DNA from: Eledone cirrhosa
Taxonomy: Eukaryota
DNA: 64,000 nt
Assembly: GCA_964016885.1 (NCBI GenBank)
Contig: OZ024742.1
Span: forward strand, 260,152,001 to 260,216,000
Reading direction: 5' to 3'
Below, one piece after another: positions 15,101-24,859 of this stretch. The translations under genes were made by a program, and so were the position numbers. Each line of letters starts with the position of its first letter. The first letter of the stretch is position 1. The notes beneath the pieces are model-generated. The model ran no database searches. It saw only the letters and a program-made list of their open reading frames with translations, and was not told the DNA's origin.

Positions 15101-17790
15101 TCTTGCTAGCAGTGGTTCAACAACCTGGTCATTGCTGTACTTATTCTGTCTTGCTAGCAGTGGTTCAACAGCCTGGTCATTGCTGTACTTATTCTATCTT
15201 GCTAACAGTAGTTCAACATCCTGGTCATTGCTGTACTTATTCTGTCTTGCTAACAGTAGTTCAACAGCTTGGTCATTGCTGTACTTATTCTGTCTTGCTA
15301 ACAGTAGTTCAACAGCCTGGTCATTGCTGTACTTATTCTGTCTTGCTAACAGTAGTTCAACAGCCTGGTCATTGCTGTACTTATTCTGTCTTGCTAGTTC
15401 AACAGCCTGGTCATTGCTGTACTTATTCTGTCTTGCTAACAGTAGTTCAACAGCCTGGTCATTGCTGTACTTATTCTGCCTTGCTAGCAGTGGTTCAACA
15501 GCCTGGTCATTGCTGTACTTATTCTGTCTTGCTAGCAGTGGTTCAACAGCCTGGTCATTGCTGTACTTATTCTGTCTTGCTAACAGTGGTTCAACAACCT
15601 GGTTATTGCTGTACTTATTCTGTCTTGCTAACAGTAGTTCAACAGCCTGGTCATTGCTGTACTTATTCTGTCTTGCTAGCAGTGGTTCAACAGCCTGGTC
15701 ATTGCTGTACTTATTCTGTCTTGCTAACAGTGGTTCAACAGCCTGGTCATTGCTGTACTTATTCTGTCCTGCTAACAGTGGTTCAACAACCTGGTCATTG
15801 CTGTACTTATTCTGTCTTGCTAACAGTAGTTCAACAGCCTGGTCATTGCTGTACTTATTCTGTCTTGCTAACAGTGGTTCAACAGCCTGGTCATTGCTGT
15901 ACTTATTCTGTCTTGCTAACAGTAGTTCAACAGCCTGGTCATTGCTGTACTTATTCTGTCTTGCTAACAGTAGTTCAACAGCCTGGTCATTGCTGTACTT
16001 ATTCTGTCTTGCTAGTTCAACAGACTGGTCATTGCTGTACTTATTCTGTCTTGCTAACAGTAGTTCAACAGCCTAGTCATTGCTGTACTTATTCTGCCTT
16101 GCTAGCAGTGGTTCAACAGCCTGGTCATTGCTGTACTTATTCTGTCTTGCTAGCAGTGGTTCAACAGCCTGGTCATTGCTGTACTTATTCTGTCTTGCTA
16201 ACAGTGGTTCAACAACCTGGTTATTGCTGTACTTATTCTGTCTTGCTAACAGTAGTTCAACAGCCTGGTCATTGCTGTACTTATTCTGTCTTGCTAGCAG
16301 TGGTTCAACAGCCTGGTCATTGCTGTACTTATTCTGTCTTGCTAACAGTGGTTCAACAGCCTGGTCATTGCTGTACTTATTCTGTCTTGCTAACAGTGGT
16401 TCAACAACCTGGTCATTGCTGTACTTATTCTGTCTTGCTAACAGTAGTTCAACAGCCTGGTCATTGCTGTACTTATTCTGTCTTGCTAACAGTGGTTCAA
16501 CAGCCTGGTCATTGCTGTACTTATTCTGTCTTGCTAACAGTGGTTCAACAGCCTGGTCATTGCTGTACTTATTCTGTCTTGCTAACAGTGGTTCAACAAC
16601 CTGGTCATTGCTGTACTTATTCTGTCTTGCTAACAGTAGTTCAACAGCCTGGTCATTGCTGTACTTATTCTGTCTTGCTAGCAGTGGTTCAACAGCCTGG
16701 TCATTGCTGTACTTATTCTGTCTTGCTAACAGTGGTTCAACAGCCTGGTCATTGCTGTACTTATTCTGTCTTGCTAGCAGTGGTTCAACAGCCTGGTCAT
16801 TGCTGTACTTATTCTGTCTTGCTAACAGTGGTTCAACAGCCTGGTCATTGCTGTACTTATTCTGTCTTGCTAACAGTGGTTCAACAACCTGGTCATTGCT
16901 GTACTTATTCTGTCTTGCTAACAGTAGTTCAACAGCCTGGTCATTGCTGTACTTATTCTGTCTTGCTAACAGTGGTTCAACAGCCTGGTCATTGCTGTAC
17001 TTATTCTGTCTTGCTAACAGTAGTTCAACAGCCTGGTCATTGCTGTACTTATTCTGTCTTGCTAGCAGTGGTTCAACAGCCTGGTCATTGCTGTACTTAT
17101 TCTGTCTTGCTAACAGTGGTTCAACAACCTGGTTATTGCTTCACAGTCATTCTTTGAGCCACTCCAGAGAAACTTGCCCTTCTTGCTAACAGTGGTTCAA
17201 CAGCCTGGTCATTGCTGTACTTATTCTGTCTTGCTAATAGTGGTTTAACAGCCTGGTCATTGCTTCACAGTCATTCCTTGAGCGACTCCAGAGGAACTTG
17301 CCCTTCTTGCTGACAGCCTGGTCATTGCTGTACTTATTCTGTCATTTACACACTTCAACAACTCTGCCAAATCTCATCCAGCTGTGTAGCTTTTTTATTC
17401 TTCAGATCCTTTATTGCGACTATTGTCTTCTCTGCTACAATGTGGCCCTCACACACCTGCTGAGGTGTATCAGCTGCTGATGGTTCCAAGACAGGGAAGC
17501 TGGGGCTGGTTGGTTTAATGTCTCCATCCACGGCTGATCTTCCTCTTCAGCTGTCACAAAGGTTTTTCCATTCTTGTCCTTTATTGGAATGTTTGTGTTG
17601 CTTCCAGATTTTTGTTAGCTCCCTTACAATACAAGGCCTCCACATTATATTGACCTGCTGTTTCTTTTATACCTTGCCCTTTTCTTTCTAACCATGCTCA
17701 CTTGTCCCTATGGCATTTTCTTTTGGGCCACCAGTCAAATACCTTGGTATGCAGTTTATGTTCTTTCCTTTTCCTTTTCTGTCTTTGCTG
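12105..17790 (-). mobile_element. Decayed RTE-clade LINE (ORF2 remnant) split by a tandem array
   Basis: Minus-strand translation gives AIKDLKNKKA.LDEI.AELLK | VPLEW..LPKK..DCNN*QGI and later EVNHFTY..KLHLYNTIVLPTAIYATETW..LNQFH; many stops and frameshifts. Confidence 0.85.
13392..17342. repeat. 48-bp tandem array (~79 units plus a rearranged right end), LINE-derived
   Basis: Unit ttgctaacagtagttcaacagcctggtcattgctgtacttattctgtc; five 42-bp variants (6-bp deletion). Confidence 0.98.
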
Positions 17791-17814
17791 AGCCCTTAAG
17801 CCTTTGCCTTAAGG

Positions 17815-18072
17815 CTCACAATCATATAGTTATGAGATTGATTCCTGGTGGCACATTGTGTCTCTGAGCAAGACACTTTATTTCATCTTACTCCAGTCCA
17901 CTCAGCTGACAAGATTGAGTTGCATCTGTAATTCAAAGGGCCAGCCTTGTCACATGACTCTCCCTGAGAAATACATTAAGGGTACACATATCTGTGAAAT
18001 GTTCTGTCACTTGCATGTTAATTTCATAAGCAGTTGTCCAAATAACTGAAATACTCATCATTGGAACAACAC
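17815..18072 (+). mobile_element. CORE-like SINE copy
   Basis: tgtgtctctgagcaagacactttatttc..ccagtccactcagctg..aattcaaagggccagccttgtcaca. Confidence 0.7.
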
Positions 18073-19119
18073 AAGAAATTAGAGCTTAATCAGCATTAAC
18101 TGATGAATCTCAGGACTAATAAAGGGAAAATAACTAATATAAGGATACTCTTGCACACAGATATTTCTTGTAATGAAGAACTGTTAACCCTTCGTGGTTG
18201 GAGCAGTCAGACATTTTCTTCTTTTGATGATTTCATCTTGGAGCACCTATGGTACAGCTACAAACAAAGAATTCATACTGTTTAATGTGCAGAGCTGGCC
18301 TGTAGTTTGAGAAGTCATGGTGTATACAGGTAATACTTAGGAGAACCTGGAAAAGGCCTGATCTTTGGTACAGGTTATTCACTTTGTTTATGTAAGGCAT
18401 TTGTCTTTCTGCACAGCACAAGGGACTCTGGATTTAGTGCAAATGGATGTACACTTTCATAAGAGCCTCACAAAACCTGCTCTAGTCACCAGGGCCTGTA
18501 AAATTTGGTATTCTTTGTGAGGTTGCTCTACCACATGTCTATGCGATCAATGACTCTGATTAAGAGTGACTTGGTCTGTAACAACCCATCCAACCCTTCC
18601 AAAAAAATCTGAGATTGGCTATTGTAAGTACCCTTCCAACCTATTCATGGAAAAATGTATGTTAAACATTGATATTGTTAATGAACCTCATCAGAATGAG
18701 ATTTTCACTGTAAAAGATACCAAGAGGATAATGTGGGGACTAAAAATCCCAAAGGAACACTGTAGGTGATGAGCCAGCTTTCTCTGTACTATCTCTACAT
18801 CCTTTATGCTATATTCTCAAACCAGGGTCTGAGAAGGCTCTCGAGTCTGACTGTGCATGTGACAACCAGTCTAGTGCCACTGACATGATAAGGTGGACCC
18901 AGTACAATCTGTAATATGATTGTTGTTACGATAGACATCCAGCCATAGAAACCATGATAAATATTGAACCAATATATATATATGTATATTATATATGTAT
19001 GTGTATGTGTGTGTAAGTATATATATAATATATACTACTATGACTGGATCTTAACCATCTACTATGTCAGGGTATGTCATGCATCATCTTATTTTATCTG
19101 ATAAGAACGTACTGTTGAA

Positions 19120-19558
19120 GTTAGCTCAGTACCTCTGAAATATGTATAATAAAATATACTTGATCACAAGAAGTTCTATTTTTGTTAATATTTTGAATTA
19201 ATATTAATAACTCCGGAAAACCATTCTTGTTGAGTGCTTCCAATCTTTTGTAAAACTCATTCTTTGATTTATTCATTGAACCTTGTTTAACCTTTAAATA
19301 TATATATATATATATATAGTAATAATAATAAATTTGAAGACTAAAATCCAAAGAGGGCTTGATAAGGGTAAATATATATCAAATATATAAGAACCGTAGA
19401 GCAAATATTTATTAAAATAACAGATTAAAGTTTAAGCCGAGAATAGCTGCTTTCACCCTTAACGGGATCTTCTGAAACTAACTAACTAATTAGTTTCAGA
19501 AGATCCTGTTAAGGGTGAAAGCAGCGATTCTTTGCTTAAACTTTAATCTGTTATTTTA

Positions 19559-19566
<8 letters not shown>
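19120..19566. mobile_element. Penelope-like remnant with an inverted (palindromic) terminus
   Basis: Minus-strand LEALNKNGFPELLI resembles the Penelope post-RT NG(Y/F)P motif; a 77-bp-arm palindrome spans 19405-19566. Confidence 0.55.
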
Positions 19567-19595
<29 letters not shown>

Positions 19596-19624
19596 AATAT
19601 ATATATATATATATAAATATGTAT

Positions 19625-20185
19625 ATGGCAATGTGCAGACAACCAGCAGGTTGGATACTGAGGACATTCAGAACAAGAGACTTGGAACCCATGTTGGTCC
19701 TCTGCAGAACTTTCCTCCTCAGCTGACTGGACTATTGCTCTCAGCTGTTGTCGCCCCACAGTGTCAAACTAACTGCAGAACTTGAAGCAATCCAATGAAG
19801 ATACACCAAGAGGATTGCCTCAATGAAAGAGATAAGCTACTGGGAGTGGCTGAAGAAAATAAAGCTTTACTCCCTGAAGGCAGGACAGCCCATGAACAGG
19901 ACATCACTGTGTAGTACCAAAAGTCCTATCCATTGCATCAAGAATGAGGACCATATACTGCAATAGCCTGGGGTTCAAGCTGCCAAAAAAATCTGAGATT
20001 TTTCAAGAGACATCTTGACATTCTACTGACCAAGATCCTAGATGAAATCACAGCACAAGGCGAAGCACCAATAAGAACAGCAGCAAGAAACTCCCTTTTG
20101 TATGAATGGCCAACCAGTGAAGGCTGGTTATAAAAAGTGTAGCCACAGTATGGCCTCAGCTGGAACGCAAATAAATAAATAAATA
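19625..20185 (+). mobile_element. CR1-clade LINE 3' fragment
   Basis: ILRTFRTRD..LDYCSQL.SP..ELEAIQ..YWEWLKK; homologous to 24900-25560(-). Confidence 0.75.
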
Positions 20186-20214
20186 TGTGTACATATATAT
20201 ATAGACATACATAT

Positions 20215-21770
20215 AGAGAGAAGACTGCGGTGGTATGGCCACGTGATGTACATGAAGGATGACAGCTGCTTAAAGAGGTGTAGTGCTTTAAAAGTTTCAG
20301 GAGGCGCAAGAGAGGAAGACCCAGGAAGACGTGGGATGAAACAATAAGGGCAGACCTGACTCAACTAAATCACCCAATGGGGATGACACAGGACCAAGTC
20401 CTCTGATACTACAATGTTCAACAAAAGACACGTTCCGACAACTTAATGCTGGACTCAGCTCAAAATAGTGCCATCCTGCCCTACATCACAAAGTCAATCG
20501 CAGGCGACGAGGGTTTCATCGTGGTCATCCAGTGCGGTCTCCAGAAGTAAAATGGGATCTTGTGAAGGGTTCGTCATGTGGCGAGTGCCTGGCTCTGAAA
20601 TGGGGTGTCACTGTGAGAAGGGTTCAGCATGGCCAACTGGTCTGTCCCTCCTCAGAGTGGTGCCATCCAATTCCAGGCTCCCAAAATGTGGTTTCATATT
20701 GAGAAGGGTTCATTGTGGCTCTGAAATGGGGTGCCACTGTGAGAAGGGTTCGGTGTGGCCAAATCAGCCTGTCTCCTCCTCATAGTGATATAGCCCAGTG
20801 CTGGGCTCCGCTCAGAAATTGGAGTGTCACTGTGAGAATGGTCCAATGCTGCCAACTGGCCTGTCTTTCCTCATAGTGGTATAATCCAGTGCCAGGTCAG
20901 AAACCATAGTTTCGCTGTGAGATATGTTTGGCACGAGTCCCAGGTTCCAAAATGTGGTTTCCTACTAAGTAGGATCCGTTGTATGGAGAGTACGCAGCCC
21001 TGAAACTGGGGTGCCAACGAGAGAGGGGTTCGGCACAGCTAAGTTGACCTGTCCCTTCTCATAGTGGTGTCACCCAATGCTGAACTTCAAAAACTGTGTT
21101 CCAGCTGTGAACCAGGCTCCCATACTGTGGTTCCACATCTATCCTTCCTCATAGCAGTACCGAATCCATCTCACAGCATAATTATGGTTATGCTGTGAGA
21201 TGGGTTCAGTGCAGCCAAGTGGCCTGCCCCTCCTCACAGCAGTGCCAACTGATACTGGGTCATGAAACTATGGCTACACTGTGAGATGGGTTAGGCTCCT
21301 TGTATCGGTACCATCCAGTACTGGGCTCCAACTGACCTCTTCACTTAGTGGTGATATCCAACACCAGGCTCCCAAACTGTGACCCTGCACCTGTCCCTCT
21401 TCATCCAGTACCAGGCCTCCAAAATGGTGACTATGTTGTGAGGGTCAGGCTATCCAGTACCAGGGTCCTAAACTAGGGTTCTGCTGTGAGATATGTCGAG
21501 CTCCAAAGCTGTGGTTCCATTATAAGGCAGGCTTGGCATGACCAACTGGCCTGTTCCTCCTCATGACAGAGCCATCCAGTCCCACACTGTCAATGTGGTT
21601 GGTGTTAGGAAGGGCACCCAGCTGTAAAATACCCGGCCAAATTTACAGTCCTCACCGGAGCAAGGTGCAACATGGCCAACCATGGCCAGGCTTGCCTCCC
21701 AGCATAGTCGATCCGCCTAACCCATGCAAACATGGAAGAATTGACGCTAAACGGAAATAATGATGATGAT
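20215..21770 (+). mobile_element. RTE 3' end with a tandemly expanded 3' UTR and (GAT)n tail
   Basis: ERRLRWYGHV..GRPRKTWDE, then ~1.1 kb of degenerate GC-richer repeats, then the gttggtgttaggaagggca-ccagctgtaaaa..acccatgcaaacatggaa..gatgatgat module. Confidence 0.75.
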
Positions 21771-21792
21771 ACACATATATATATATATATGT

Positions 21793-22310
21793 CATCATCA
21801 TCATCTTCTTCATCTATCCCATAGTCTGGTTGACCTTTGGAGCTCCACATGACCTGGCAACCATCCTCCTCATGGTTATACCCAGCCCGATGCCTGTCCA
21901 TTCCAGAATGTTGTCCTTGCATCTCTTTCTCTGTCTACTTCTCTTTCTTCCTCCTTGTGCTGTTCCCTGCAGGACAATTTTGGCAAGCCCTGAGGATTTT
22001 GTTACGTGCCCATACCATCTCAATTTGCGTTTTTTTGTTTACAATGGTCAGCAAGTCTTCATAGGACCCAATGGCTTGCTAAATTCTGTTTCACACCGCC
22101 TCATTGGAGATGCGGTATCTGTAGGTGATGCCAAGGAGCTTTCTGAAGTATCTCATTTCTGTAGCTTGTATTCCTCTTTCCAGACTCACAGGCATACAAG
22201 AATATGTACATGACCAGAGAGGGCATCAGTCTGATCTTTGAGCTGAGAGCTATCTTTTAGTCATTCCAGATGGTTTTAAATTTTGTAAGTGCTGCTCTAG
22301 TCTGGACAGT
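21793..22310 (-). mobile_element. RTE LINE 3' fragment
   Basis: RWYGHVTKSSGLAKIVLQGT.QGGRKRSRQRKR.KDNI.EWTG with a (GAT)n tail. Confidence 0.85.
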
Positions 22311-22331
22311 TCTGTATATATATCTATACGT

Positions 22332-24372
22332 ATCATCATCATCATCCAGTTTTTGATTATTCAGGACACGATTAATCCCTAAGTAGGGGTGGGTCATGCC
22401 TGACAGTGTCCTTAGCATCCCGCCCCATGTGTTTCTGTCCACTGGTCTCACTTGGGCCAGGCCAAGCCTAGCTTGATCTCGACGAACCTCCTCTATCCAA
22501 GTCCTTTTTGGTCTTCCTGGGCCTCTACTGCTTCCTTGATCGACATTCATCACTTTGCTGATCCAGCCCGCACTGCGCTCAACATGGCCATACCAGAGCA
22601 GTCATCTTATGTGAAACACATCCTTGAGGTTGTCAATCAGCAGTCTTTTCAGGAACTCTGTTGAACTGACATCATCCTCAGTGGCCACACTGCATATCCA
22701 GCAAATCATAGCTCAGTCATTTCTTCTGAGCCAATTCAGACAGTTGGATGACATGGCCCAGGTCTCGCTAGCATAGAGTAACATGCTTCTCACACAGGCA
22801 TTGTAAATCTACCCCTTGGTGACTAATGGCAGCCAGCATGTCTTGAGGATTGAGAGATGCTGCCTAAACTTGTTCCATGTGGAGTTGCACAGTGTGATGG
22901 CAAGAAGCTCGGCTCTACCTCCAGCCGAGAACAAGTCACCCAGGTAGCAGAATGATGCCACTACTTCCAGCTTGTCCTCACCAACATGCACATCTGTAAA
23001 AGGCCAATTGTTAATTGGCTTGCTGTTCCATGGTGTCTCTTGCATCTGAAATTGTCTGTGTACACGAGTCCATCGGTTAGACCACTGCATCTCTTGTGCA
23101 CCCACATAGAGCAAACTCCACAGAAAACCGCGCCTTGACCTGTGCCCTTAAGACAAATGGCACATGGGTCCCTGCCCGATTTCTGGAGAGTGTCCAGGCC
23201 CGAGCCAGAGATCAGAAACTTGGTCTTGCCCATGTCAACACGTAGTCCTTTGCTCTCCACTCAATCTTTCCAGCGCTCCAGTTTCTCAAGCAGCTGCTCC
23301 AATCTTTTTGCCATAATGATGATGTCATCAGCGTATAAAGCTTCCCAAGGGCAACCTGTATGGAATTCTTAAGACAGTGCCTCCAAGACAACTATGAGGA
23401 GTGCCTCCAAGATGATTATGAAGAGTGGACTGAGACAGGAGCCTTGATGCACACCGACATTGACTTCAAACTCTTTGCTCATGCTACTTCTGACCTGAAC
23501 TGAACTGCAGGCATTCTGGTACATGCTCTGAACGAGCCTTATCAGTGACTCCTCCACGCTGAGCTTCATGGACCTCCAGAATACCCGCCTGGGTACTTGA
23601 TCCAAAGTCTTTTCCAGGTCTATGAAAGCCATGTTTAGGGGATTTCCAACACTGATGAACTTCTCCTGCTGCCTGCGGACAATAAAGGTGGCATCAGTAA
23701 GACCGCAGCCAGGCATGAAGCTGAACTGCATGTCGTCGATCTTCACTTGCTGTCTAAGGAAGTTCTCAGTGACCTTCTCTAATACCTTCATCACCTGGTC
23801 AAGAAACTTCAGGCCATGGTAGTTTCCACACTCGAGTGCAGCTCTTTTGCCTTTATAGAGGCTGACAACAGTGCTGACCTCCCAGTCTGAAGGAACCTTG
23901 CCATGCACAACGATCATTTCAATGAGATCACGGACCAGCCTGGCTCCCACATCACCAGATGCTCTCAGCATCTCATCCACAATCTGGATACGACCAGCTT
24001 ATTTGCCATTCTTCAGTGCGCCAATAGCTTTGGTAACCAGCTCGAGTGTGATCTTATGATGTGTGGTTCCTCTGACAGAGAATCTGAGTCTCAGTCGAAT
24101 GTCCCATCTGCCAACCTGCTGTTTCCAGGCCTCTTTCTTCGATTCCTCATCATGACATATCTCCCTAGCATCGTTGCGGATAGGCTTTTCCACAACGACA
24201 TCCTGATTCCTTTTCCTCATCTGGTTGGCGAGGTTAAAGATATCAGAGCTGTTAGGGTCTATGCTGTGAACTCCACTTCCCCTGATGCAGATTTTGCCAA
24301 GTAGAAAGCCTGTTTGGCTAGGCTCTGGGTTCTGTTGTAGTCAGCTTTGTTGCCCTTACTGTACTTCCAGGA
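22332..24372 (-). mobile_element. RTE LINE, 5'-truncated, RT domain plus an internal PHD-like finger
   Basis: VPSDW..YKGK..CGNYHGLK, MAFIDLEK, VGVHQGSCLSP, LYADDI, CAIC..FCGVC..WVHKRC..C, FCYLGD, GRPKRTW; (GAT)n tail at 22333. Confidence 0.92.
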
Positions 24373-24374
24373 AA

Positions 24375-24515
24375 GCAGAAATGACAAAAATAGCAAAACA
24401 AATGGCACAGTAGATGTAAAAGATATATTAGTTTAACGCTTGAAATAGCAGGAAGATAGTCTTACCCTTTTGGACACTAGTCCTTCATCAGAAGATAGAG
24501 TTAGAAATAGAAGAT
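24375..24515 (-). mobile_element. Penelope pseudo-LTR fragment with a decayed hammerhead core
   Basis: Minus strand CTGATGA-AGGAC-TAGT-GTCC-AAAA at 24468-24491. Confidence 0.45.
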
Positions 24516-24516
24516 A

Positions 24517-24566
<50 letters not shown>

Positions 24567-24568
24567 AT

Positions 24569-24850
24569 GGAGGCACATAGACCGGGTGATGTGCTGTTTC
24601 CTTGAGCAAGACACTTTATTTCACATTGCTCCAGTTTACTCAGCTGTAGAAATGAGATGATAGGACTGAAGTCCCTATCATTCCACTGCAAAGTGGTCGT
24701 GGAGGTGCCACGGCAAAAAAGCACCCAGCACTCACTGTAAATGAGGTTGGTGTTAGGAAGAGCATCCAGCTGTAGAAATCAAGCCAGAATCAGTTCCCGT
24801 CCCACCCTTGCAAGCAGGGAAAAGCGGACGTAAAATGGAATGATGATGAT
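24569..24850 (+). mobile_element. Composite SINE (CORE-like head + RTE tail), head internally deleted
   Basis: Near-identical to 38656-38995 except for a 55-bp deletion. Confidence 0.85.
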
Positions 24851-24859
24851 ATATATATA

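Noticed and set aside
13422-17189. Alternative-frame ORFs (LLYLFCLANSSSTAWS)n resembling a multi-pass membrane protein
   Set aside because: By-product of a 48-bp unit; interrupted by stops and lacking an ATG start.
13392-17342. CRISPR array interpretation of the 48-bp periodic sequence
   Set aside because: There are no unique spacers, no cas genes, the context is eukaryotic, and the unit is LINE coding sequence.
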